A stretch of DNA of 64,000 nucleotides. Source: Octopus vulgaris (lineage: Eukaryota). Location: assembly GCA_951406725.2 (NCBI GenBank), contig OX597827.1:78120001-78184000 (forward strand). The letters run 5' to 3'. The translations under genes and the position numbers were made by a program. Position 1 is the first letter of the stretch; the number at the start of each line of letters is the position of its first letter. Below are positions 12,780 to 25,358 of this stretch, one piece after another. The notes beneath the pieces are model-generated. The model did no database searches. It saw only the letters and a program-made list of their open reading frames with translations, and was not told where the DNA came from.

Positions 12780-13330
<551 letters not shown>

Positions 13331-13907
13331 TGGTCAACATTTGTTGATCTGAGTAAGTATTCGTACACAAATTACATACACAAACACATACATATCTAAA
13401 TGCATATATATTCTACACACACACACACACACACACACATTTATATGTGAATGAAATGAATTTATAATATCTTGACATGAGGTTATGTAGAAGATATTGC
13501 TGCTGTTTGTCACAGTAAACACAAATGTCCAACAAACCTGTTAAAAACAGTGAACACACATACGTTCACTGTTGAAACGGTGAACGTATGGGTTTAAAAA
13601 TCTCATTAAAGCAGTGAACACGCATTCAACACCCCCGGCTAAAACTGAACGCACATGTTTGGTGAACGCTTATGTTCAGCAACGATGTGGACACAATGAA
13701 CAGAAAAGTCTAGTAACCAAAGCAAGCTAACAGTGAAACTCGTACACTGATTGTCAGAAAAATTGACTTCTAATTTCAATAGCAGATTCCACACATGAAA
13801 TATAACAAATGGAGGACACATACACACACACACACTCACACACACATACATATATTTACAAACATGCACACATGAAAAAAAAAAAAACTCCACTTTTTTT
13901 TTTGTCT

Positions 13908-16900
13908 TTAGTGGCTTTTTGGTGAAGAATTTGCACTTTGCTGAGCGCTTTCTTCATCTTCTTGTTTATTGTTTTTGTTCCAGTCGTAATTCATTGTGTT
14001 GGGTACGTTAGTCCAGCCAGAACTTAACATGGGAGGCAGAGGGAACTCTCTCAGCCAAATGTAGTTGTTCTCCCAACTGGGGGGCATTTCGTGTAAGAAT
14101 GTGGGGGGAGCAGGCGAGGGGACTATTATTGGAGTCAACGAGTCTTTGCTGGAGTCGGATTTGATAGAAGCCGAAGAGTTTGAGTCTGTTCGACACGGCC
14201 CTTTTGACATATCTGTAGTTGGTTCCTGAATAGATGTAGAATTTGGTTTAATGCTATTGAGGTTGTTGTTGGTGGTGGTGTTGTTAGTGTTGTAGATACT
14301 GTTGTTGTTGTTGTTGTTAGAGGGGGGTGGAGTGGGGGTGGTGTTGATGTTGGTGTTGATGCTGTTGTTGTTGTTGTTGTTGTTGTTAGTTCTGATGTTT
14401 GTAATTGGGGACTTAATGGAAGGCTGATGTTTCGACAACTCAGAATGGTTCGTCTGAAAACAGTTGTGTTTCGTAAAGTTGTTCCGGTCTGTAAAATATT
14501 TGTTACAACCGTCACAGTAGAATACCTGTTTCTTACCTATTTCTGTGTGTGTTTTGGTATGGGCTTTCAGCGCAGAGCTGTGCGAGAACACTTCCCCGCA
14601 CAGCTCGCAATGATATGGGATCTCTCCAGTGTGAAGACGCTCGTGGTTACGGTGAAAGAAGCGGTTTGAAAACTCTTTGCCACAAAAGCGGCACAAGAGC
14701 AATTCTCCCGTGTGCATACGCATATGATCATTTAGACAGTTCTTCTGAGAATAGGACTTCCCACATATATCACAATGAAATGGTTTCTCACCTGTGTGTT
14801 TGCGTAGGTGCGTCTTTAGGTTGCCGCGCTGAGCAAAAGCTTTATCACAAAAACTGCACTGGAATGGTTTCTCCCCCGTGTGCGTGCGCTCGTGATTCCG
14901 AAGGAAAAACTGGTTCGCAAAAGACCTCTTACAATAGCTGCAATAAAACAAGTCGCCCGTGTGTACTCTTTTGTGGTCGTTTAGGCAATTCTTCTGCGCG
15001 AATGCCTTTCCACAAATGTCGCAGATATAATCTTTCTCTCCAGTGTGGGTTTTTAAGTGCATTTTTAAGTTACCTGACAGTGTAAAACGTTTTTGGCAGA
15101 ATTCACATTCGTAGGACTTTTGGTCTGAATGACTCAGTTCATGGCTTTTCAGGAAAAAGCGATTGGAAAACCCTTTATTACAAACGGGGCAATAGAACAG
15201 CTGCCCCGTGTGGATCCGCTTGTGGTCGTTCAGGGTATTTTTCTGTGTAAAAGCTTTATCACAGATGTCACACTGAAAGGGTTTCTCCCCCGTGTGAATT
15301 CGTAAATGTGTTTTTAGGTTTGTCCGGTGAGAGAAGGACTTGTCACAAATTTCACAGGTAAATGGTTTCTCACCAGAATGGGATATTTCGTGGTTCTTCA
15401 AGAAGAACCTGTTGTTAAATGTTTTGTCACAAATTGAGCATGTGTAAACTTCATCTGTATTCTTATGGATTTGCTGATGACTTTTGAGAAAAAATTCGTT
15501 AGAAAACTCTTTATGACAAATGGAGCAGTAATACATGTTGCCCGTGTGGACCCTTTTGTGGTCATTAAGGCAATTTCTTTGCGCAAATCCTTTCCCGCAA
15601 ATATTACATACGAACGGTTTCTCCCCCGTATGGATCCTCAAATGAATTTTCAAATTGCCTCTCTGCGAAAACTGCTTGTCGCAAATATCACATTTAAATG
15701 GTTTCTCACCTGAATGAATTCTTGAATGGTTTTTCAGAAAGAATTTGTTTGAAAAGTTTTTGCCACATATGTTGCAGTTAAAAGTCTCGCCAGTATGGAT
15801 CTGTTCATGGCTTTTTAGGAAAAACTGGTTGGAGAAGCTTTTGCTGCACAATTCACACTTGAATGTCTCACCTGTATGTAGATTCTTATGATCATTCAGA
15901 CAGTTTCTTTGTGCAAATGCCTTACCACAAATGTCACAGATAAATGGCTTCTCTCCTGTGTGAATTCTAAGGTGTGTCTTTAAATTCCCGTTTTGCGAGA
16001 ATTTCTTATCGCAGAATTCACAAGCATATGGCTTTTCCCCACTATGGATTCTGGAATGATTTTTCAAAAAGAACTTGTTGGAAAATGTCTTTCCACAGAT
16101 TGTACATTTGAAGATCTCTCCTGACTTGTGGGTTTGTTCGTGACTTTTCAAGAAGAATTGGTTGGAGAATTCTCTTTTGCAAATACCACACACATACGTA
16201 TCTCCTGTGTGAAGCCGTCTGTGGTCATTTAGACAATTCAACTGCGCAAAAGATTTGTCACACAGATCACATTGAAATGGTTTCTCACCTGTGTGAGTCC
16301 TGAGGTGGGTTTTAAGATTCGTTCGTTGACCGAATGCTTTACCACAGAAATCACATTTAAAAGGCTTTTCTCCTGTATGGCTACGTTCATGGTTCTGAAG
16401 AAAGAAGCGGTTTGCAAATGGTTTTTTGCAATAACTGCAATAAAATAAATCTCCAGTATGAAGACGCCGATGATCTTTGAGACTGCTCTTCTGAGCGAAG
16501 GATTTTCCGCATTCATCACAGCTAAATGGTTTCTCACCCGAATGTGTGCGAAGATGAAGTTTTAGATTAGTTAGATGACTGAATGTCTTTGAGCAAATAC
16601 TACAACGGAACGGTTTGTCAACAGCAGATCCAGAAGAATTGATGTTCCCAGTGTTAAAGTGCGGAGTCATATGAAGGGGTTTGACGGGGGAGGGGGCCTG
16701 GAAACAAGAATCGCTCTTGCCACCTCCAATTTGATTACTAGAAAAATTATTATTGTTGTTGTTGTTATTATTATTATTATTATTATTGTGGTTGTTGGTG
16801 TTACTGTGGTTGTTGTGACTGTTGTTGTTGTTGTTATTATTATTCATATGACTGTTGTTATTAATGGTGTTATTGTGACTGTTGTTATTGTTGTGATGAA

Positions 16901-17579
16901 GATGATTGTTGCTGTTGTTGTTATTGTTGTTGTTGTTGTTGTTGTTGCTAATGTTGGTGGGAGAGGTATGATTGGGGTGTGGCGGAGGTGGAGAGGATGC
17001 GTCTTCTAAATGAATGCGAGTATGAATCTTCAGAAAGAATTCACAAGAGAAGACCTTCCCGCAATATTTACATGGGAAGTCCCCTTTTTGTGTCTTTGTA
17101 GAAGCGTCCATGCGGTTATTCGAGACTGGCTCTGGGGAAGAAAAGCTTTTACCTGGTATGTTGAGAACTCGATAGTTTTTCGGTTCCCCTTCATTGTGCA
17201 TTCGCGAAGAATCAGAACCGGTAGTTCCTTGGTAAACACTTTTCCTAGAGACATCAGGAATACGCAGATTCCTGTCTGTAGTAACATTGCTGCTCTCAGA
17301 ACTGGCAAATCTGATTGTATTGGTGCTATTTTTATAGCTGGGGCTGGGGGAAGGGGTCGCAGAAGGGACCGACACTCGGTTCGGAGTGAGGTTTTGGACA
17401 TTGTTAGAGATCCCAAGACCTTGGTACTGTTCTTTCCAAAGAAGATTGGGGAAGTAGCCCCCTTCATTGACAGGGCTTCGTTCGGGTATTTTCAACTGGT
17501 TTATCTGGTAGATAGGCTGCCCGTATATTGTACACTGGGTATTTTCAAGGGTGGGGAAGGTGGGCTGACCTGGATACAT
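13908..17579 (-). CDS. Multi-finger C2H2 zinc-finger protein (1223 aa; 26 C2H2 plus terminal C2HC finger; Asn-rich tracts), single coding exon
   Basis: 3.67-kb uninterrupted ORF with repeated CX2CX12HX3H and TGEKP linkers. ACCATG start with an in-frame TAA 17 codons upstream. Isolated finger at 17010-17078, array at 14460-16610, poly-Asn at about 16745-16950 and 14255-14395. Confidence 0.95.
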   Translation of the reverse strand: MYPGQPTFPTLENTQCTIYGQPIYQINQLKIPERSPVNEGGYFPNLLWKEQYQGLGISNNVQNLTPNRVSVPSATPSPSPSYKNSTNTIRFASSESSNVTTDRNLRIPDVSRKSVYQGTTGSDSSRMHNEGEPKNYRVLNIPGKSFSSPEPVSNNRMDASTKTQKGDFPCKYCGKVFSCEFFLKIHTRIHLEDASSPPPPHPNHTSPTNISNNNNNNNNNNNSNNHLHHNNNNSHNNTINNNSHMNNNNNNNNSHNNHSNTNNHNNNNNNNNNNNNNNFSSNQIGGGKSDSCFQAPSPVKPLHMTPHFNTGNINSSGSAVDKPFRCSICSKTFSHLTNLKLHLRTHSGEKPFSCDECGKSFAQKSSLKDHRRLHTGDLFYCSYCKKPFANRFFLQNHERSHTGEKPFKCDFCGKAFGQRTNLKTHLRTHTGEKPFQCDLCDKSFAQLNCLNDHRRLHTGDTYVCGICKREFSNQFFLKSHEQTHKSGEIFKCTICGKTFSNKFFLKNHSRIHSGEKPYACEFCDKKFSQNGNLKTHLRIHTGEKPFICDICGKAFAQRNCLNDHKNLHTGETFKCELCSKSFSNQFFLKSHEQIHTGETFNCNICGKNFSNKFFLKNHSRIHSGEKPFKCDICDKQFSQRGNLKIHLRIHTGEKPFVCNICGKGFAQRNCLNDHKRVHTGNMYYCSICHKEFSNEFFLKSHQQIHKNTDEVYTCSICDKTFNNRFFLKNHEISHSGEKPFTCEICDKSFSHRTNLKTHLRIHTGEKPFQCDICDKAFTQKNTLNDHKRIHTGQLFYCPVCNKGFSNRFFLKSHELSHSDQKSYECEFCQKRFTLSGNLKMHLKTHTGEKDYICDICGKAFAQKNCLNDHKRVHTGDLFYCSYCKRSFANQFFLRNHERTHTGEKPFQCSFCDKAFAQRGNLKTHLRKHTGEKPFHCDICGKSYSQKNCLNDHMRMHTGELLLCRFCGKEFSNRFFHRNHERLHTGEIPYHCELCGEVFSHSSALKAHTKTHTEIGKKQVFYCDGCNKYFTDRNNFTKHNCFQTNHSELSKHQPSIKSPITNIRTNNNNNNNNSINTNINTTPTPPPSNNNNNNSIYNTNNTTTNNNLNSIKPNSTSIQEPTTDMSKGPCRTDSNSSASIKSDSSKDSLTPIIVPSPAPPTFLHEMPPSWENNYIWLREFPLPPMLSSGWTNVPNTMNYDWNKNNKQEDEESAQQSANSSPKSH

Positions 17580-17894
17580 GGTTAGTGTTGGGTAGACTGG
17601 CAGCAGAAGAAACTTGGTGTAAATATATTAATACAACAACTGCACTGTTGCTGGGGGAGCTTGCAAGTTGCAACAGCAGCAGCTACTGCACTGCTGCTGC
17701 CGCCGTTGGGTTTATTTCTGGTTCTAACTGCACAATTAGTTGGATCCGTTAAAGTCATTATAGATAAGAAATATTACAATTGCTGTTGTTGTAAATGGCC
17801 TAGTTGTTGTTGTTGTTGTAGCTGCTGTTGGCGTAAATGGTTTATTTGTCATTTAAATATTTTTCTGAGTGATTGCAATTGCTTTTGTTGTAAC

Positions 17895-18125
17895 TTTACA
17901 GCTTGTTCACTGTTGTACAGCTTGTTCACTGTTGTTCAACTGTTTACTGTTGTACAGTTTGTTAACTGTTGTTCTACTGTTCACTGTTGTTGTTTGTTAA
18001 CTGTTGCCCTACTGTTCACTGTTGTACAATTTGTTAACTGTTGTTCTGCTGTTTACTGTTGTACAGTTTGTTAACGGTTTACTGTTGTAGAGTTTGTTAA
18101 CTGTTGTTCTGCTGTTTACTGTTGG
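17895..18125. repeat. Degenerate tandem repeat, about 37-38 bp unit (TTTGTTAACTGTTGTTCTGCTGTTTACTGTTGTACAG)
   Basis: About 5-6 imperfect copies upstream of the ZNF start codon. Confidence 0.8.
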
Positions 18126-18345
18126 GGTTCCTTTTAACAACTTGTTACCTACTTGTTGTGGTTGCAGTGCACGTTGTAAAGTGTTGACCGTTGGTCACTG
18201 TTTATACCAGTTTCTCTGTCTTCCGTAACCCTACACAACCAATTTATAGAAGCCACAGGTAAACAATATCAGGTAGGGCCTGTGGTTTATTTTTTAAATC
18301 ACATATCATTTATTATCGTCTGTCTCTCTCTTCTTGCTTTATCAC

Positions 18346-18446
18346 CAATCAAATGATTCTTTATGCTTTAGTCATTACTGTTGTTCTTAATATCAATCAA
18401 ATGATTCTTTATGCTTTAGTCATTTACTGTTGTTCTTAATATCAAT
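18346..18446. repeat. 48-bp near-perfect tandem duplication, followed by a degenerate ~21-bp TCTGCCACTG repeat (about 18455-18700)
   Basis: CAATCAAATGATTCTTTATGCTTTAGTCATTACTGTTGTTCTTAATAT twice. Confidence 0.85.
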
Positions 18447-19201
18447 ATTATTATCTACCACTGCTGTTTTTTTTAAATTTCTGCCACTGTTATATATTCA
18501 TTCTCTCACAGCCTGTATTTATGGCGGTATTGTCACTTTCTATTACGATTCTGCCACTTTTTATATTAGTTCTGCCACTGTTGATAATGTCCCTGATCAT
18601 GTTGGTTCTGCCACTGTTTATGTTGATTCTGCTTCTAATCATATTTATTGAGTCTGCCACTCTTTATAATGATATTTTTATCTTCACTGTGCCACGGTTC
18701 ACATTACCAGTTTAATAATGAATTAAAATAATTAATTATGTTGAAGATCCAATCACCAGGTTACACTGATTAATTAATTAACTTTGGTCAGTGCCTATTT
18801 TGACCAAGGGTTTTTTTTTTTCTCTCACCAGTCAGTATTCCAATGGCTGAAGTACATCGGTCACACACCTGTTGACCATTATACTTCAGTCAGAGCTAAG
18901 TTGTCGTCAATACTATCCAGTCACAGTACGGTTGACCAGTGACTGGTCGGCCACCAGAGCTATTTAACAGCAGGAACACAAATTTAAGTAATCCAATATG
19001 ACAATGTTTAGGGAGAAGATTGTTGCAGGTTGCTGTAAAGTAGGAGCTGTTATACAGTCTGTTTATGGTGGCACACACACACACACACACACACGCACTA
19101 CATTAGACTATCAGATACATCAGTGTGTTGCTATTAACAATGTAACAAAACCAGCTTCACATCAAGTCGATGGTGAAAGTCTCCACAGTAAAACTGTTAC
19201 C

Positions 19202-19236
19202 CTACAAGAAAAAGAAGAAGAAAAAGAAAAAAATGT
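19202..19236 (-). other. Candidate 3' splice acceptor of the ZNF terminal exon
   Basis: Minus strand TTTTTTTCTTTTTCTTCTTCTTTTTCTTGTAG|G; exon would start at 19201. Confidence 0.55.
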
Positions 19237-19290
19237 GTGAAAATATGAAATCTGGTCCACATGAAATATAACAATGTTTACAGGATTTAA

Positions 19291-19511
19291 CCCTTTCGTT
19301 ACCAACGTGACTGTAACTGCCTTTGGCTCTGAGTACAAATGTCTTGTTTTGATAAGTTCTGAATTGAAATCTTCCACCAAACCTTAGTCACAATTTATGT
19401 TCCTAACACTAGCTTAATGATAACAAAATTATTTTACTAAATTCTTTGTTATATTTAAAATTAATTGAAAGAAACACAGAGCATCTCAACAGAAATACAG
19501 TAACGAAAGGG
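19291..19511. mobile_element. piggyBac-type MITE, intact ends
   Basis: TTAA (19287-19290) CCCTTTCGTTAC ... GTAACGAAAGGG TTAA (19512-19515): perfect 12-bp TIR and TTAA TSD. A related decayed copy at about 26180-26632 is split by a SINE. Confidence 0.9.
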
Positions 19512-20003
19512 TTAAATACAAAGACAGCAGGATAAAACGTAATAAGAGTAAAAGAAGAGGACAAGATATAATGAAAGTTATGGGAGTGGCATAATGGGAA
19601 GCAGGGTGGTGTTGGTGGGAACAGGGTGATATAATAGTGTCAGTGGGAACAAGGTAGTATAAAGCCATTTGTTGACTGTACCACCTTGTTGTTAATGACA
19701 TTGATGATACAATTCTCCCATGTGACCACTGGTCAATTAACTTTGGCCATCATGAGCAGAGGCCAGTGAAAAGCTATATATCATGCAGTGAAGGATACTA
19801 GTAAAAAAACTGGATAACACTGACCAAAGTCACTGTTGGTCACTTAACCCTTTAACATTTTTGGCCGAAATATTCTACCTATTTCATGTTCAAACCAGCC
19901 GTGACCAGCTTCATGTACCTGATCAATAATATTGCTAAAAGCATAAATAAATCACAACCTTGAAATTTTGTAGCTCAGAGATAATGGAAGTCATCATTTC
20001 AAG

Positions 20004-20476
20004 TCATCATCATCATCATCATCATCACCGTTTAAAGTCCGCTTCCCATGCTAGCATGGGTTGGACGATTTTAACTGAGGACTGGTGAACTAGATGGCTG
20101 CACCAGGCTCCAATCTTGATCTGGCAGAGTTTCTACAGCTGGATGCCCTTCCTAACGCCAACCACTCCGATAGTGTAGTGGGTGCTTTCTACGTGCCACA
20201 GGCACAAGGGCCAATCAGGCGGTACTGGCAACGACCTCGCTCGAATCTTTTTACACAAGTCACCAGCACAGGTGCCAGTAAGGCAACGTTGGTAACGATC
20301 ACGCTCGAATGGTACCCTTTTTACGTGCCACCAGCATGGAGCCAGTTGGCTGCTCTGGCAACGATCACGCTCAGATGGTGCTCTTGGCACCCTATAAGCA
20401 CAGGCACAAGTGCCAGTAAGGCAACGCTGGTAACGATCACACTCGAATGGTGCCCTTTTATGTGCCACTGGCACAG
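20004..20476 (-). mobile_element. SINE-like family A with 4-5 tandem ~62-bp 5' modules
   Basis: Family A core plus repeated GGCAACGATCACGCTCGAATGGTGC..TTTTACGTGCCACCGGCAC units. Confidence 0.85.
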
Positions 20477-21930
20477 AAGTCAGATTAGAAGCACTGTGAA
20501 ATGTTCAACAACACACAGTTTTTTTTTAGAATTCAGCAAAGATCAGAGAATAAGAGCTAACATGGTATCGACCAAGTCAAAATGGTAACAGGATGGTTCA
20601 ATGGTGTTGATGAGGTGGAAGTCATCCTCTTCATCATTTTAATGTTTTTAATTTCCATGCTTGAACGGATCAGATGAAATTTGTTGAGTCAGATTTTCCT
20701 ACGGCCAGATGGCCCTCCTGTCGCTGACCCTCACCTGCTTCCCCGTGGCCAGACATATTTTCACGGCAGACTGGAACAAACAACATTGCATGTCTATGTG
20801 TGTGAGTGTGTTTGTCCCCAACTGCTGTTTGGCAAGCAGTGTTGGTTTGTTTACATCCCCATCACTTAACAGTTTGACAAAAGGGATTGACAGAATAAGT
20901 ATAAGACTTAAAAAAAAAAGGTCCTGCAAGTTAAATCATTTGACTAAAATTATTCAAGGCAATGCCCCAGTATGGTCGCAGTCTTGACTGAATCAAGAAA
21001 GATACATGGCTGAACAACAAAAGTATTTACACACAAAACTCCCAAAGGGTTTGCGACATTCTGTTCTCTAAATAATTTTGTGAAATAGTTAATAACTTTA
21101 CATGTATATATATATATATATATATACATGTGTTTGCATGCATGTGTGTGTGCACTGTCAGTTCCACACCCGACTATGGTTTATAATATGATCCCAGTTC
21201 GCCATCTGCCAGTCACCTGAAACTTCAGTGTCACAGGTGTTTGTTTCCACAGTAAATAACCCGTTTTGTGTGAGTTCAAATGGAAACACATAAATGATAC
21301 CAACACCAGTACTTAAAAGCAAAAGTTTCACACACACACACACACACACACGCATTCCCTCTCTTCGTTACCAAATGTGAGTAACTGAGAAGCTCTTTTA
21401 CACGGACCCACTCTGCCTCCACATCTTACACTCTAACCCCACCCCACCCTACCCTACCCCCAGCATAAAACTGACGACCCCCCCCCCTTGGGGTTTGTAG
21501 TTTTACAAGCTACATGGTGACCTCACGAGTGCTGGTGGTGTGGAAAAAAGCACACAATACATGGTGTAACCTGGATGGTGTCAGGAAGGGCATCCGGTCG
21601 TAGGAACCATGCCAAAGTAGACACTGGAGCCTGAAGCAGTCCTTTGACTCTGCAAATCCTGTCAAACCATCCAACCTAGGCTGGCACAGAACATAGACAT
21701 TAAGCCCCTTAGCATTTAAATTGGCCATATCCATCCCCAGATATTTGATCTGTTTTATGTTCAAAATGGCCAGATCCAGGCTCTCACACCTAACCCACAA
21801 TGTCACTCTAAAAGCAAGCAATCATGTCAAAATCTCAGAGCTAAGAGATAATGCATGATTAATTGAAAACAATGTGAATGAATAGGCAGTGCATGATGAT
21901 GATGACAGATGATAATCTGAATGCTAAAGG

Positions 21931-21931
21931 A

Positions 21932-21970
<39 letters not shown>

Positions 21971-21979
21971 GATGATGAA

Positions 21980-22030
<51 letters not shown>
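21931..22030. repeat. (GAT)n microsatellite
   Basis: Seen directly. Confidence 0.95.
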
Positions 22031-23663
22031 ACACAGACGTCCAGATCAACAGTTTTGCTATATTTTGCCAGATTATTGAATATCCATCCATCTGTAAATA
22101 AAGTGAATGGACAGGATTGTAAAAATATCAAATTCTGAACTTTATGCTCTGAGTTCAAATCTGTTTAAAGCCAACTCTGCCTTTCCTCTTCCAGGGCCTC
22201 AATAAAACAAAGTCCAGTTAGGCACATCCTTTTGCTGTTTGCTCTTTAAGGGTCTAAAACCAAACAACCACAATATTTCTGTTAAGAGCACTGCCCCTCC
22301 CCACAATTATCATTAGTTTTGGAACATGTAACGATGACGACGATGATGATGGAGCAATGCTGTTAGGTGACTCTTGTAATTAATGGTTTCAAACTTTGGC
22401 ACACAGCCAGTAATTTTGGAGGGGAGGGGCCATAAGTCGATTACATTGACCCCAGTCTTCAACTGGTGTTAATTTCATTGACCTCAAAAGATGAAGTCCC
22501 CCACAGAGGCATTTGAACCCACAATGTAAAGGGACAAAATGTGGCTAAGCATTTTGTCCAGCCACGATTCTACCTGCTCACCACCTGAATGACTCTTGTA
22601 ATTAATTGCTGATGTGACACACCTGTCTGGTGGAAGGACAAATTGTAATCAAAAGGTGACAGGGTGTGTGTTTTCTTGTCAGCTGAGTCCAGCAGACAAA
22701 GCCTTTGAGGTATTATGCAAGGGTTTGTCTAATACACACTCATATTGCCACTTTGACTGAACGACTACAGCAAAGTGGGGTCCACTAAAGGGACCCAAGA
22801 CCCAAGTGTTGATATATTAAATCTACCATCAATTTCTTATTTCTTTTACTGCCCACAAGGGGCTACACACAGAGGAAAAACAAGGACAAACGGATTAAGT
22901 CAATTACATCGATCCCAGTCCGTAACTAGTATATAATTTATTGACCCCAAAAGGATGAAAGGCAAAATCGACCTTGGCGGAATTTGAACTCAAAATGTAA
23001 CGGCAGATGAAATACCGCTAAGCATTTCGCCTAGTGTGCTAACAATTCTGCCAGCAGCTCACCAATTTCTGTTGACCAGATTTCACTGAAAAGTCTTGAG
23101 TTGACTCAAGCAGATTTGAGGACCAGAAAACCAGAAATTCACTAAGGTAACCTCTTAAGCCACACAGCAATGCCTGCCGTCATCACCACAAAGCAATAAC
23201 TATGAGCCCCTACAAGGTTGCTTGACTTGCTAGAAATAACAGTCACCTTCAAATATCTTATTCATTACCATCATCATTTAATGTCCATATTCTGCGCCGG
23301 TGTAGGTTTCACGGTTCGACATGATCTGATGGGGTCTAAAGATTGCACCAAACTCTAATGTCTGTTTCTACAGCTGGAAACCCTTCCTAACACCAACCAC
23401 CTTACAGAGTGTACCAAGTGTTCTTTTGCATGGCACCAGCACTTGTGGGGGGCAGGAGGTCAAAGGTCACTATGCAGCCTGCAAGACTATGGTCCCTTTC
23501 AACAAAAAAAGGGAAGCCACATATATAATTCTGAAAAAAAAAATTGAGGGAATGGTTACAGGTGGAACCCCTTTCTATCATAGATCTGTTTGATCAAAAA
23601 CCAACCAGAAACTAAACAACAACAACAACAACAACAACAGCAAAGACATGACAAACTACAAAC

Positions 23664-23932
23664 CTTCCTTTTCTTCAACGTTTCTTTTTGTTTTTCTTCT
23701 TCCTCTTTCTTGCATCCCACATTCTTCTTCTTGAGTGCAGCTTCTGGTCATACTTGGGCTTTGAACCCCCAAACATGCCCCAACATTAGTGACACATTCT
23801 CACAAATATTTCCACAGCTGCTGGTCTGCGACATAAAACCCTGAAACCTTTGGTGCATTCTCCAAAGAAGGGAACCCAGTATTTTGCTTTTTGTGAAGAT
23901 GTCTTGTCTCTGCAAAGTGCTCCGCTTTCAAC
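23664..23932 (-). other. Candidate non-coding (5' UTR) exon of the ZNF gene
   Basis: Acceptor TTTTTCTTGTCGTTTCCCAG|G and donor GGAAG|GTTTGT. Unique, non-repetitive sequence with stops in all three frames. Confidence 0.55.
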
Positions 23933-24157
23933 CTGGGAAACGACAAGAAAAACAACAATAACAATTTTAATGTAAGATCTGAGATCCAAGGAAATTTATG
24001 GGGTCTGTATTGATGAAAGTTAATTCAGAAAACCCCACTGTTAGCCCCTTTAATCTATTTTCTTTAACATAAAAGACAAGTGTCTGAAACTATATTTTTT
24101 ATCCCTCACATATAAAACTGCATGCAATTTGTTAATGACAACAACAACAACAACAAC

Positions 24158-24380
24158 ATCATCATCGTTTAACGTCCGCTTTTCATGCTAGCATGGGTTG
24201 GACGATTTGACTGAGGACTGGCGAACTGGATGGCTGCACCAGGTTCCAATCTGATCTGGCAGTGTTTCTACAGCTGGATGTCCTTCCTAATGCCAACCAC
24301 TCCGAGTGTGTAGTGGGTGCTTTTTATGTGGCACCGGCATGAGGGCCAGTCAGGCGGTACTGGCAACGGCCTTGCTCGAA
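24158..24380 (-). mobile_element. SINE-like family A
   Basis: Family A core and tail. Further copies at about 27005-27213(+), 29318-29620(-), 30998-31177(+), 32179-32385(-), 34630-34800(-), 35828-36015(-), 36680-36990(-) and 62356-62550(-). Confidence 0.85.
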
Positions 24381-25358
24381 TTGTTTAATCTTCCTCTTCT
24401 ATGCTGGCATGGGTTCTACAATTTGACAGGATCCAATGAACTACAAGACTACACAGAGTTCCAATGTCTGCTTTGAAATGACTGGATGTCCTTCCCCAAT
24501 GCCAACCACTTTACAGAGTGTATTGAAGGGTTTGTTGTCTTTTCACGACACCAGCACTAGTGGGGTTGTCATGTAATTCATAAGACAAAGAAAAGCCCTT
24601 CTTGCCTTGATTGAGAAGGGGGTGGATTTGTGCCAGGTGCTGGAAGGTCAACCCTTTAGTACTTAAACCGGCCATATCAGGCTCAAATTATCAATGTTTT
24701 ATGTTCAAGATGACCACATTTGTCCTCTCCCACCTACCATACAATGTCATTCTAAAAAAATACACTCACATCATTGAAATCTCAAAGCAACAAGATACTG
24801 CATGTACAGCCTCCCGGTTTGCCAGACCCCAGTCAAACCGTCCAACCCATGCCAGCATGGAAAACGGGCGTTAAATGGTGATGGTGTTTGACAGAGTAAT
24901 TTGCAGGCAAAAGGGTTCAAATATGAACAGGCATCTTGCTATAAAGAAGATACATGGCCATCCAGGGTTATACAAGGATTGGTGGGAGCAGTTGGAAAGA
25001 AGAGAATAATGTTTGTGACAGGGTATCAGAGCATAGTCCCGAGATACGAGGAAAATAGGGAAACCAGAAGCAACGAACCAGGAAGGGTGGATGAAACAAT
25101 CTACATGAAAATTTGTGAGTAGATTTGGTAGACAGAAACTGAAAGAAGCCCATCACATACATACATGCATGCATATATGTATTTGTGTGTCTGTGTTTGT
25201 CCGAAGCTGGTATGTTTAGCAGTTCAGCAAAAGACAATGATAGAATAAGTACTAGGCTTACAAAGAATAAGTTCTGCAGTCGATTTGTTCGACTAAAGGC
25301 AGTGCTCCAGCATGGCTGCAGTCAAATGACTAAAAGAATAAAAGAATATATATATATA

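Noticed and set aside
14427-17585. Plus-strand ORFs antisense to the zinc-finger CDS
   Set aside because: Shadow ORFs of the real coding frame.
21437-21461. G-quadruplex-capable tract (also about 44579-44610)
   Set aside because: Short G-run clusters are expected by chance in simple-repeat-rich DNA; no supporting context.
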